The translations under genes and the position numbers were made by a program. From positions 134,232,001 through 134,296,000 of the forward strand of contig NW_024704742.1 in NCBI RefSeq assembly GCF_018977255.1: a DNA stretch of 64,000 nt, in the 5' to 3' direction. Origin of the DNA: Callorhinchus milii. Its lineage: Eukaryota. Shown here one piece after another: positions 12,333 to 25,206 of this stretch. Every line of letters starts with the position of its first letter. The stretch's first letter is position 1. The notes under the pieces are model-generated. The model was given only the letters and a program-made list of their open reading frames with translations. It was not told the origin of the DNA and did no database searches.

Positions 12333-13359
12333 CAAAAAGGGACCTGAACCACCTCCAAGAAGATATGCTTAGCAATAGAATGTCAGAATCGAGCCCACTC
12401 CCTGTGGTGATTGCAGTAGTCCAGTTCCTGAGCCAGACAGGTCTTCAGATTGATCAAAAGAAAATCTCCCTCCTCTTCTCCCCAGACAGTGCCCTCAAGT
12501 GCAAGCTGTGGGATGTCCTCCTCACGTGAAAGGCGCTATGCAAATGTAATTTGTTGTTGCGGTTTTAGCTGGTTAGACTCCAGCAGTTACTCCAATGCAC
12601 ACTCTGGGGTCCCCCAAGCCTTGGCTCTTGCGAATGTGTTACGAACAATTTCGGGAATTAGGTAACCAGGATCCATCCCTCCAGGGAGAGAGCGCATTCC
12701 ATTGCAACAATCTCTGGAATTTCCACGTGTAGGTGGGATGCATGGAATTCGCAATTTGGTTATGATACTCTTAAGCATGGTCATGGGTTTCTGCATGAGG
12801 CAAGACACCTGGCTCACCATAAAAAATCCTCCCATCCTTCCTCTTCTTCTCCACTCCATCCTCCTCCTCCCCATCTCCAGGAGACAGTTTCTGGCAGCCA
12901 CTGGCAGAAGGGGGAAAAACAAGCCACAGCACCACTCATCACACCTACTCTGTGCCGTCGGGATGGAGACCCCAGAGGGGTGGCCAGAAATTAAAACACG
13001 TTTGTAGCCTAGAAGTATTGTTTTCTCACAAAAAAACAATCAATTCACTTTAAAGTATATCCTGTGAACCGCTTTGAGACGTCTCAACAACGTGATAAAA
13101 GTGATATATCAAATGCAAGCATTATTATTATGATATACATTAAAAGCCCACTAATCCTTACCAAAAGTAGGCCAAATATTATGCCTAACGGATAAGCAGT
13201 GGCCGGCCAATTTAGGTTAGTGCTTTTGAAAACTGTTGCAAAAGAAAAATCATTAAAGGGGGAAAAAAAGGAGAGGGTGGGGGAGAGGGGAATAAACTTT
13301 TGGCAGGTTTAAATAGAAAATGTTTAAAAATTAGGCACCTGCCCAAAGCTGTTATTTCA

Positions 13360-13579
13360 CACAACACACAAAACACACGCATATACAAACACACACACAA
13401 ACAAACACACATACACACACATATACACACACACATACAAACACACACATGCAAACACACACATAAAGAAACACACCCACACATACAAACACATACACAA
13501 ACACACACATACACAAGCACACAAATACACATACAAACACACACATACACAAACATACACATACACAAATACAAACACA
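13360..13579. repeat. Degenerate (CA)n/(CATA) microsatellite
   Basis: Visible low-complexity tract. Confidence 0.95.
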
Positions 13580-14428
13580 AAGGGAAGGGAGGGAGCGAGG
13601 AGGGGGTAGAGAGTCGAGAGGGGAGCTGAAGGCACGGTCAAAGAGAAAGGTCTTGAGACCGGCCTTGAAGGAGGAAAGGGAGGAGGCGGCGAAGGCACTG
13701 GGGATGGAGTTCCAGAGCCTCGGGGCTGAGAGGCTGAAGGCCCGACCACCGATGGTAGGGCGGTTGGGGCGGGGGATGTGGAACAGACCGGAGCCAGAGG
13801 AACGGAGGGTACGGGCAGGTACTTGGGGGGATAGTAGGTCGGAGAGGTAGGAGGGAGCAAGGCCGTGAATGGCCTTGTAGGTGAGGATGAGGATCTTGAA
13901 TTCGATCCTCTGGGGGATGGGGAGCCAGTGGAGGCGAGCGAGGGTGGGAGTGATGTGGTCCGAAGCCTGGTGCGGGACAGTACACCAGCTGCAGAGTTCT
14001 GAATGACCTGCAGCTTGTGGAGGGAGGTGGCGGGAAGGCCGCGAGGAGAGATTTCCATAGTCCAGCCTTGAGGTGACAAAGGCGTGGACCAGAGTTTCAG
14101 CCGCGTGAGGGGTGAGGTAGTGCCGGAGTCTGGCGATGTTCCGGAGGTGGAAGGTAGTGCCAGTTGTGGTGCAGATGTGGGGAAGAAAGGACAGCTCAGG
14201 GTCGAAGAGAACCCCGAGGTTCCTGACGGCTTTGAGAGGTGGAGAGTGCAGCCTTGGATGCTGATGGTGTCAGCACCTGAGGTGCGGAGGCGCTGACGTG
14301 AGCCAATCAGGAGGGCCTCGGTTTTGCGCACGTTGAGCTGAAGAAAGTTGTCTCTCGTCCAGGACTCGATGTTGGACAGACAGACAGACTGTCAGGACAT
14401 CGGGGGCCATGGAGTTGAGGGTAGAGGA
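13580..14428 (-). mobile_element. L2-clade LINE ORF2 C-terminal fragment with frameshifts
   Basis: KTEALLIGSRQRL and [12 protein letters not shown] motifs. Lacks its terminal tail and is flanked by CA-rich repeats. Confidence 0.9.
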
Positions 14429-14710
14429 ACACACACATACGAACACACACGTACACAAACACACACATACAAACACATACACAAACACACACATACAAAC
14501 ACATACACAAACACACACATACAAACACATACACAGACACACACATACAAACACATACACAAACACACACATACACAAACATACAAATACACATACATAC
14601 AAACACACACATACAAACATAGACACACATACAAAGACACACATGCATAAGCATACACACAAACATACAAACACACACACATACAAACCCACACACAAAC
14701 ACACGCACAA
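14429..14710. repeat. Degenerate (CA)n/(CATA) microsatellite
   Basis: Visible low-complexity tract. Confidence 0.95.
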
Positions 14711-14790
14711 AGTACAACAAAAAGTCGCCCAATTGGGCGTGAAACCCGCCCAATCAGGGCCACACTGGACCCAGGCACCATTTTTACCCC

Positions 14791-14821
<31 letters not shown>

Positions 14822-14919
14822 GTTGACGTGTGTGTGTGTGTGACCGGCCCGGGGGTGGGGGGTTGGGAGGGGGGGGGTGTGGGGGGTTAGGGAGGGCCTG
14901 GGGTTGGGAGGTGGGGGTG

Positions 14920-15250
14920 GAGGCTGAGGCCGACTCACCGCGGCGGTTCCCGGCATCTCAGCTCCTCACGGTTGTCCGACCCCCCCCGAACCAACTGCCT
15001 GCGCGCGTGCGCAGCCCGGGCACCGCGCCGCCGCCTGTGCGCCTGCGCAGCCGCCGCCGCACGCGCGGCTCGCCTCCCTCAGCTCCGCGCCTGCGCAGCC
15101 TCCAGCCCGCCCTCCCTCCCTCAGCTCCGCGCCTGCGCGGCCTCCCTCCCTCCCTCAGCTCCGCGCCTGCGCAGCCTCCCTCCCTCCCTCCCTCAGCTCC
15201 GCGCCTGCGCAGCCTCCACCCCCCCCCCCCACCCACCCCCATCACTGCTG
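14920..15250. promoter_or_regulatory. CpG island / probable promoter with six tandem NRF1-type motifs
   Basis: Very GC- and CpG-rich against a CpG-poor background. GCGC(C/G)TGCGC motifs at 15003, 15039, 15087, 15129, 15163 and 15201. Adjacent minus-strand GCG|gtgagt donor. Confidence 0.8.
14939..15000 (-). other. Putative first exon of an unidentified minus-strand gene (5' limit unknown)
   Basis: Strong donor gtgagt at 14938-14933 at the island edge. An ATG at 14956 gives MPGTAA in phase 0, which may be a true start or a uORF. Confidence 0.55.
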
Positions 15251-15411
15251 GAGGTGGGGGGGGGGGGAGTTGGAATAGGTCGGCCGTGACGTTATTGGAT
15301 GGCGGCGCAGGCTCGAGGGGCTGAACGGCCTCCACCTGCTCCTGATTCCCATGTTCTGTTGCCCCCGGAAAAGCGATCGGCCAATTGACTAACAACCGGG
15401 TTCCTACCTAC

Positions 15412-16262
15412 CTCAGGCGCTGACAGCATCGCCATCCGCGGCTGCACCCTCCACCTCGCTGAGCCAGTCCGGAGCCTCGGCGTCTCGATTGACCCTCAAC
15501 TATCCTTTCTACCCCCACATCTGCGCCATGACCCGCTCTGCCTTCCCCCACCTCCGCAACGTCGCCCGGCTCCGACGCTGTCTCACGCCGCAGGCACGAC
15601 TCAAGACCCTGCTTTTTGTCCGCGCCTTCAGCCGCCCTCCTGCCTCTCTGCCCTCCATCATCCGTCCCAACCCTGCCCTCCCACGCTCGTATCCTGATCC
15701 CTTGACTGTTCGGCGCCTTGGGACGTCCTCCCGACGTGAAAGGGCTTTACAAATGTAATTTGTTGCCGCAAAATGTAATTACAAATGTAATTTGTTTGGG
15801 TCTTGAGTCATGCCTTGAAGGAGGCAGGAGAGGGAGCAAGGCAAATGGATGGTGAGATAGTGTTCCAAAGGGTGGGGGCAGACAGGGTGAAAGCCCGCCT
15901 GCTGAAGGTAGGGCAGGTCGAGCAGGAGATATGGAGTAGCCCGGAGCCTGCTGAACGGAGAGAGGGGACAGGTTGATAGGGGGTCCTTGAAAGTGAGGAC
16001 AAGGATTTTGAATTCTATCCTCTGAGGGAAGGGGGGGACAGTGGAGCCGGGCGAGGGTGGGGATCATGGGGTCATAGAGCCTGGTGCAGGAGAGGACACG
16101 AGCTGCAGAGTTCTGGATAAGTTAGGGAGGCCGACAAGGAGGGAATTTCCAAAGTCGAGCCTTGAGGTGACAAATGCATGTATGAGGGGTGAGGAGGCAG
16201 TGGTAGAGTCAGGCAATGTTGCAGAGGTGGGGGAAAGCAGAGCGGATCATGGCACGGGGAGA
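15412..16262. mobile_element. Two tail-to-tail L2 fragments (plus about 15412-15770, minus about 15795-16262)
   Basis: HLRNVARLRRCLTP on the plus strand and TLARLH...EDRIQ on the minus strand. Confidence 0.75.
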
Positions 16263-19200
16263 AAAATATGGGGGAGTTTAAGCTCGTTAAGCTCCAGCAG
16301 TTACCCTGAATGCACACTGTGGGATACTGGAACCTTTTTTGCCAAACTGCACCTAATACTTGCCGAAATTTAGGAAGCAGTGTCCAATACATTCTAGGGA
16401 AGGATGCCATATATTCGTGTAACTCTCAGCTTGGAGTGGCTGCTGGAGTTTAACCAGCTAAAATCTTACAGTTTGCTATTGCAATCACTGCTTGTCCAGC
16501 TTGCCTCACCCTACCTGTTGCTTCTTTGGCTCTTAGGGTTAACAAGATGGAAAAATAAATAATTTTAGCAGAACATTAATATCACTACAAACAAATTAAT
16601 TCGACTGACATTGTCGGGGACTGTGCACGATTCAAAGGTCAAAAAAAGACTTGTTGTAGTGTGTTCCCTGGGAGGGAGGAGAGGGGAAGTCAGTGGGGTC
16701 TTCTCAGGGATAGGATAGCTCCATGGTGACATTCTTGGTCAAAGGATGGCTGAATCAGGTTACCAGCAGTGGCACTATTTAAAAAGAGAAGGAAGTTATT
16801 CCTGGTGTCTTGACCAACAATTCCCAGATAAAATTGGTCATTCATTACAGCACTGTTTGTGGAACATTTTCTGGATGCAATTGGCTGCCATATTTTTGTA
16901 TGCAATTGGTTGCCATGTAATTTTGTATTGTTGTTGTTGTGTTCCCTCTTAAAATACACAATCACCACACTTCACAGTAAAATCATTTGAAGTGCTTTGA
17001 GATGCCTTGATGATGTGACAAGTCACGATATAAAAAGCGAAAATTACTGCATTCTATTATTGTTACCATCCACTGAAATTCATCTTGGGGCTCAAAGGAC
17101 TAATTCAATTCTGGTATGAAAGAATTTCCTCATTGTCTTTTGGACGATATGTTTGATTATCCAGCGCTTCAAGATACAATCCTACATTAAGAGCACTATA
17201 TAAATGCGAGTTGTTCATTATCTTAACGCATTGTGTTTCACACCCAAGCTGATTGTTTGTGGTCAGCCAGGTGACTAACACACGCAGAAACCCATCACCA
17301 TGCCAAAGAATATTATTTTCTATTTTCAGGTGTCAACAGTTATTTTCTTTCAACCATCTTCCAGATGTCATGGATCCCTTGTTGTTGATTGCTTTTACTG
17401 CTGGATATCTTCATCTTTATATATATATATATATACACAGCGACTTGACAGCATTCATTTGACAAATATGTCGTCACAATTGGATGTAATTTAAAGTGTT
17501 GGCCGGATGCTATTTTTGATCATTATTACTGACAACAGTAAGTCAGTGGCCTGGGTTAATCTACACTCGAGCCACTCCCTATGGCAAGCATCTTCTGTTT
17601 GCCACATGGGACTCTTGTCAGAGCGCTCACCTTGCAGGTGAGAAACTTGGGTTCCATTCCTGGGTCAGGGCGAAACCTTAGGCAAATTTCCTTACTCCAC
17701 ACACCTCTGTTTACCTAGCAGTAAGTAGGAACCCAGTTGTTTGGATGATTGGTGGATTGCTTTTCTGGGGGCAATAATTCCTTCAAAAAAAAGTAATTGT
17801 TCATTTCAATCTACAACTGTTTGTGGGACACTGCTGTGCACAATTGGCTGCTGCGTTTGACCCACAAAATATACACCCAATTCACTTTACAGTATATCCT
17901 ATGAAGCACTTTGAGTCATTTCGAAGACGTGATAGAGAGCTATATCAAACGCAAGGATTAGTTTTATTATTATTATTAAATACAGTGGATGGGATGAAAA
18001 GTGCCAAAAAGGAAGGAGTCACGTTTGGATTATTTGCAGAGCAGTTTTGCCGATGTTTTCACAATTCAAATTTGGTGGAGGCTTTTGGATGAAAGGATTG
18101 ATCTGTGTACACACAATGCTGTCAGCGGCCCTGAAGTTCAGCAAATTCCATTCCTGCTGTGAAATGCCACAGCAGGAAAAATCAATTCGCAATGCATCAA
18201 CTTGCTAAAGTGGATGTTATTAGATGAAAGTCTTTATTATCTGAGGAGAATAGTAATCCTTTATTTGACATAGCAAGTTTCCTTACTCCACACAAACTCT
18301 GTTTGCCTAGTAGTAAGTAGCAACCCGTTTGTTAGTCGATTGACGGATTGCTTTCCGGGGGAAATAAGCTTTTCAAAAAAGAATTTGCTCACTTAATCCA
18401 CCACTGTTTGTGGGACACTGCTGTGCACAATTGGCTGTTGTGTTTCACCCACAAAACATACAGCCAATCCACTTTTCAATATGTTCTATGAAGGTGCTTT
18501 GAGATGTCTCAATGACATGATAAGGCGCTATATCAAATGTAAGAATTATTATTATGTCTTCTTGATCTTATAAAAAAACTTTGGTACATTTTTGATGCCT
18601 TATAAACAATAATAATAGCAAAACTCAACACCGGCATTGATACAATCTTTTTGGTATTGTACTTTATTAATTTCACTTTGCTGAGATGCGTGCTTTCCCT
18701 TTCTTTATATATATATATATTGCATGTCATTTCCCAGTGTCATTTCTCATTATGTTCCCACTACTGTCTCTACTTTGAAATCACTGGCAATTTGCATTCC
18801 CTGCGCTGTTTGTTCACAGCTGTCCATCAGAATTGCATTTTCAACCAAATCGCCTGGCATCTTTACGAGTCTGTGCACCTGCTCATTGAGGGGTAATGGA
18901 ATCAGGCAAGAAGTGTCTGCAGTTAGTATTAGGAGGGGAGGAAGTTTGTATTTGCGGGTCAGAAAGTTAAATAGGAAAATGATAGAAAAACAAATGTCAA
19001 TTTTAGATTTTGAAATAAGTAAGGTAAATATTGTTGATCTCGGAGCATCGCTGAGTGCTGTAGAGCACAGAAATATCTGCGATTATCTCAAGATCTGCAT
19101 TAAGTATTCAGTGACAGTAACATTAGAAGGCATGAAATTGATCAAATGTCTACATCTGAATCGTATCACGTACAAAATACACAGTCATTGTACTCAACGG

Positions 19201-20562
19201 TAACGGTAATAAAGGACAGTAGCAGACTTCAATGGAAGAGAGTTTCTCCCTCCAAATAAAAAAAGTCTATAAAATTGATCATTCATAGGTGTTTGTGGAA
19301 ACCTGCTGTCTGCTATTGGCTGCCACGTTCACCCACAAAAATACAGTCACTCCACTTTACAGGAAATCTTGTGAAACACTTTGAGACTTCATCCTAATAT
19401 GAAAGGCACTATATCAAACAAAGATTATTATTAATTATAACAATAATAATCCTTGCATTTAATATTATGCCTTACCACGTATTCGAGATGTCTCAAAGCG
19501 CTTCAAAGAATATACACTAAGTGAATTGATTGTATATTTTGTGGGCGAAACGCAGCAGCCAATAGTGCACAGCCGTGTTCCACAAACAGTGGTGGATTGA
19601 GTGACCAAATTATTATTATTATTTTTTGAAGGGATTATTAATTCCAGAAAAGCGATCCACCAATGGTCTAACATCTTGTTAGTATTATTACCAATAATAA
19701 TGTCCAAGAAACACTTTGAGACATTTCAATAAAGTGCTGTATTAATTAAAAGAATTATTATTCAAGCACCTAAAAGTTATTGTTTCTTCTCCAGTGAAAG
19801 CAGCTCAAACTTTTCAAGTCTTCCAAAATCCCAGTGCCTCGCATGCGCTCCCCCTCTTTGAATACCTGTCTAATTACTCATTGACGGCATCTTCAGGCAC
19901 CTATACCCCATCACCTCCCCCTGAATCCCTCCTAGCTTGGGTGACACTCCACCTTTGTAAAGCATGTTGAGATATTCTATATCCTCCCTACATGAAAGGT
20001 GCATATAGCTGTCGTCATTGACTCTGGATTCTTGATATGATTCTAGATTATGAAAGTGCAAGGTGAAAGGTCCATCTCAGTGAAAGCTATAACACCCTCA
20101 CTGGAGGAAACACATTGACAGCCCATCACTTGTGTCAGTGAAGAATGCAACAGGACTGCAGCCTGACTAGGACTAACAGGACTAAGGCAACACCTCTTCA
20201 CATCTGGATGGTTGGGTTCTAATCCAGCCCTGGGATAAGTGGGAAAGGTCAACAGCCTTTCTAATGCCTGTTTAAAGGTTAGCTGTCAAATACGCTCGAA
20301 GAGTTTCAGTCTATCCTCAAGTCCTTGGAAATCTGCAACGGACATTTGTCAATTGTTGTTAATGGAATCTCGTCAAAGTTCTGGTGTGTGTTGGTGTGAA
20401 AATACGCACTGTCCGAAACAGTTCCCGATTGCCATTTCCAACATAGTTAAAGCACTAATTTGTATCACTGCCAAGTCAGATCTAATGCCAACATAACTGC
20501 ACCCGTAACTCTCCAGCACCTGTTCAGCCACAAGACTTGTTGAGTCCTGTATTGTATTGGTT

Positions 20563-21390
20563 ACAACAACAACAACAACAAGATTTCATTTATAGAGCGC
20601 CTTTCACGTCGGGAGGACGTCCCAAGGCGCTGCACAGTTGGGTCGGGACCCGAGCAGGGGGGAAATGGTCAGTGTGAGGGGAGGGGAAGGGAGGGAGCGA
20701 AGAGGGGGTAGAGAGTCGAGAGGGGAGCTGAAGGCACGGTCGAAGAGAAAGGTCTTGAGACCGGCCTTGAAGGAGGAAAGTGAGGAGGCGGCGAAGGCAC
20801 TGGGGGATAGAGTTCCAGAGCCTGGGGGCTGAGAGGCTGAGGGCCCGGCCACCAATGGTAGGGCGGTTGGGGCGGGGGATGTGGAGCAGACCGGAGTCAG
20901 AGGAATGGAGAGTACGGGCAGGTAGTAGGGGGAATGGTAGGTCGGAGAAGTAGGAGGAAACAAGGCCGTGAATGGCCTTGTAGGTGAGGATGAGGATCTT
21001 GAATTCGATCCTCTGGGGGATGGGGAGCCAGTGGAGGCGAGCGAGGGTGGGAGTGATGTGGTCCTGAAGCCCTGGTGCGGGACAGTACACGAGCTGCAGA
21101 GTTCTGAATGACCTGCAGTGTGGAGGGAGGTACCGGGAAGGCCGGCGAGGAGAGAGTTCCCATAGTCCAGCCTTGAGGTGATAAAGGCGTGGACCAGAGT
21201 TTCAGCAGCGTGAGGGGTGAGGTAGTGCCGTAGTCTGGCGATATTCCGGAGGTGATGGAAGGCGGTGCCAGTTGTGGTGCGGATATGAGGAAGAAAGGAC
21301 AGCTCAGGGTCGAACAGAACGCCGAGGTTCCTGACCGGCTTTGAGAGGTGGAGAGTGCAGCCTTGGATGCTGATGCTGTCAGCGCCTGAG
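20563..21390 (-). mobile_element. Young L2-clade LINE, 5'-truncated
   Basis: [14 protein letters not shown]...[13 protein letters not shown]...[12 protein letters not shown] and LHWLPIPQRIEFK. (TTG)n tail. Confidence 0.92.
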
Positions 21391-22199
21391 AACGTGCCTT
21401 TGCAAGCGAGAGAACATGGGTTTGATTCCCAGGCAGGGCAAAACCTTAGGCAAGTTTCCTTTCTCCACATGCCTTGGTTACCTAAGAATCCGGCTTTTAG
21501 TCAATTGGCAGATCACTTTCCGGGGATAATCCCTTCAAAATAAATAAATAAAAATAATAATTTGGTCATCAAATCAACCACTATTTGAGGTACACTGTTG
21601 TGCGCAATTGGCTGCTGCGTTTCGCCCACAAAATATACACTTTACAATTCACTTTACAGTAAATACTGTGAAGAGCTTTGAGGTTCTCAATGACATGATA
21701 ATGCTCTATATCAAATACAAGGATTATTATTATTATTATGATAAGATCACAAGAGATTTTCATCCTTTCAGTTTACCCACCTACCCATCATTCCATTATT
21801 AACATACATAGAGTCAAAAAGTGACTTTGAGGGACCGAAGTAGGAAATCAACATTGCCAACCTTTCCATTCAGAGATTTTTTACAAAGAAGAAGTTTGCA
21901 AAGAATATACAGCACGAAACAGGTCACTCTGCCCAGCCAGTCCATGTCAGTGTTTAGATTCCACACCTTCAACCATTCCTTACTCCCTCCCATATCCTTT
22001 CATTTTCCTCTACCCTCGTGTGAACATCTAACTTCTTCTTGAATGCATTGGAACATTGATATATACTATTCCATCAAATATTCCATCAAAAGCAACCAAT
22101 CTATTTTCCTTTATTATTCATTTGAGTCCACTTTCTATGTGTGAACACAGGGGACAGATGAGTGACTTGACCTAAGAAAAGAGACAATAGGAACCAAGA

Positions 22200-22600
22200 A
22201 CGTTGAGGGGAGAGGTGATGGAATTATAAATGCTTTTGATAGAGTCAATAGAGAGAAATTATTTCCCCCGGTTGGTGAGTCAGTGACTGGAGGGCATAGC
22301 AAAGGGGATTATTTGGAGGAATTTTTTTTTACACAGTTTTGTTTATAGACAGCCCTGGTGATCAAGGCATAATCCATATTACAACAGCAACAATTTGCAT
22401 TTATATAGCGTCTTGGAGTGAGTGCTTCATTAGATTTCAAGAGGGAACAAGATAGATATCTAAAAATGAGTAAATTGAAGGAGTGTACATGAGAGGAAGA
22501 AACAGGTTAATGGGATTGAAGAGATTATTCTTTCGAAGTGTCAGCACAGGTACAATGGACCCAAAGGTCTTTTTCTGTGCTTACATTTCTCTGATTCTAT
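22200..22600 (+). mobile_element. Degraded CR1 3' fragments
   Basis: Remnants of the RGD...LFPLVGES.T.GH region and a CR1-type 3' end. Confidence 0.55.
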
Positions 22601-24789
22601 ATCCTGGATAGAAGAGGTTGAGGCCCATGAGGTCAACCTCATCAATTTATATCTGCGTATCATCAAGTGGTAATACTATTTAAGATCAAGTCTATCGGAG
22701 CAAGAATTCCTCTGAGAGATCTTCTCTGCATCTAAAATATGGAGTTGGATTGAAATGTGGTCATGATTTTCAGATTCAATTTGGCACCACTTTTCAACAG
22801 GATTTGGGGTAATAATAATAATTAATAAAAATAATAATCCTTGCCTATACGTCAGAGGAACATCTCAGAACGTTTCGCAGGATTTATTGTCAAAACTCTG
22901 TGCTCTTATCGAATTGCTCCGTGATATCTTTAGTGGCCACCTGAACAGATAGAGACAGGAAACTGTTAAACATCTCACCTGAAGTATCCACCCCCCACCC
23001 CTCCTCCCCCCTCCCCAATCACTGCACAGGAGGGTCAGCCTAGACTGAGGACAAAATCTTGACGTGGGGCTTAGGCCAACAGCCTTCAGACTCAGAGGAG
23101 TGCAGAGCAAGTGAGCCAGGCTGACATATATCAAGACAAATGTCTACTGAAAAAACATAGGTGTCTGAAGATGAAAAACAGCATATTTCAAAGAGCGCCT
23201 GAAATAAACACACAAAAAAAACTACCAAAAGTTTCTGAGTGATGTGATGCACTTGGTATTTGAGAGATGAATATAGCAGTAATACATCCGATCCCTTGGC
23301 ACTACTATGATTGAGTGTCTTGTCCATCAGTCCTGGGGCAACTCACACTTGCTACCAGCAAACTATTATTTTATGTCACTGGTTCTCTCCCTGGGAATCA
23401 CACAGAGTTCTTCTACCTTAATCTAAGTGTGATTTTCAGGGAAATATTACTGAGCCATATTTGGGATTTTTTTTCACAAGAGTAAGGGCAAAAACATTGC
23501 TGTTTGAGTAGAAAATAAAAGTTCAGTGGTAGCGCTCTCACCTCTGAGTCAGAAAATTTAAATTTTTTTTGATGTGGGGTTTAAGCCCCACATCGTGACT
23601 TGGAATCACATAATCTAAGCTGATATCCCAATGCAGTGCTGGGTGTGTGCTGCATTGTCAGAGGTGCTTTCCTTCAGATGAGACGCTAACCAAGGTCCCG
23701 TCTGCCTGTTTGGGTGGACGTTACAGATCCCATGGTAATTATTTGAAAAGGGAAAAGAGTTTCTCCCAGGCCAAGAATTTCCCCAAATAAAAACAGGTCA
23801 CTCGCTTCATGGCTGTTTGTGGAGCACTGATGCATGCAAACTGGCTGCCACATTTCTCCCACAAAATGCACAATCAATCCACTTTACAGTATATACTGTG
23901 ATTTGCTTTGAGTCGTCTAGACATTTCCTCACACTTTTCAAATACCCTTTTCTATTTTTCCTTTTCAGACATTTATCAAACTCCCTTTAAAAAGCCATCA
24001 GGCATTCTGCTTCAAACATTGTTTTTGGTGGAATGTTCCAAAGCTTAACACCTGTCCTCCATATAAGAAAATCTGCCAACTCTCTCTAAATATTATAGGA
24101 ATAACAATAATCCTTACATCTGATATAAGGCCTTTTGTGTTGGAAACATGTCTCAAAGCACTTCAGTGAATGTGTGATTAACTGAAAGAACTGTGGGTTT
24201 TGTGGGCGAATGTAAATTTGCATACAGCAATGACCCATTTACAGCCATGAAGGGAATGAAGATTAGTTTTATGGGTAATGATCTAAAATTTATACCCTCT
24301 AGTTATTGACTCACCGCCCATATGGTTGACCAAAGTAAATCCCACTTAATGTAAGTCAACATAGGCTCACGTGACTCAATCACACATATGGAAACACACT
24401 GCTAGAAGAGACAGCAATGTAAGATTATATAATATAATAATTATTATATATTATATAATAATTCTTGCATTTAGTACATTATCATGTCATCGAAACACTC
24501 AAATCACTTCACAGGATTGTAGTGACTGTAGGCAAACGTGCCAATTTCTGCACCGCAAGGTCCTACAAAAGTTAACCTTTTCTTCATGAAGCAGGCTGAC
24601 AAACTTATTTTCTTAACTGTAGAAGCATATGTCACCCTGGCTCAATTGATAGCATTCTAGCCTATGAGTCAGAACTTTGTGGGTTTAAGTCCTACATTGG
24701 GTCTTTGAGCTCACGGACTGGTTGACATTCCAGTAAATGCATTGCATTATTCCAGCTCATACTTCCTGAACCAAACTCCACACCTATAT

Positions 24790-25206
24790 CTCATCAGTTC
24801 TGGCGAGGCTCCACTGCCTCCCCAACACCGAACTGATAGGTCCTCAAACTCGTGTTCAAATCCCTTTGCTCCCTGGCACCTCTCTACCTCTCCAACCTCC
24901 TCACTCCCCAATCCACTACCCGGCACCTCTGCTCGACTGCTCCTGCTCGTCCCTCACACACTCCAAAGGTCGCGCTTTCAGCCACTACGCCCCTAAGCTC
25001 TGGAACACTCTCCCTCAATCCCTCCGCTTTGCCCCCTCTTTCCCCTTTTTCAAGTCCCGCCTGAACATCTTCCCCTTCGACCGTGTTTACAGCCATCTCT
25101 CCCCCCACCCCTCCCCCGGCTCAGAGTAAGGCTCTGCCACTGTTAAGCACTCTGAGACTCTCCCCTGCTTGGAGGGCGCTATATAAGTGCAAGTTATTGT
25201 TGTTGT
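24790..25206 (+). mobile_element. Older L2 3' fragment
   Basis: LAPLYLSNLL and GRAFSHYAPKLWNTLP motifs, ttg tail. Confidence 0.8.

Noticed and set aside
13212..14956. Several Cys/Val- or His/Thr-rich ORFs
   Set aside because: They come from CA/TG microsatellites and an L2 fragment.
14830..15395. Pro/Arg/Gly-rich ORFs over the CpG island
   Set aside because: High GC and a tandem repeat suppress stops, and no domain is recognisable.
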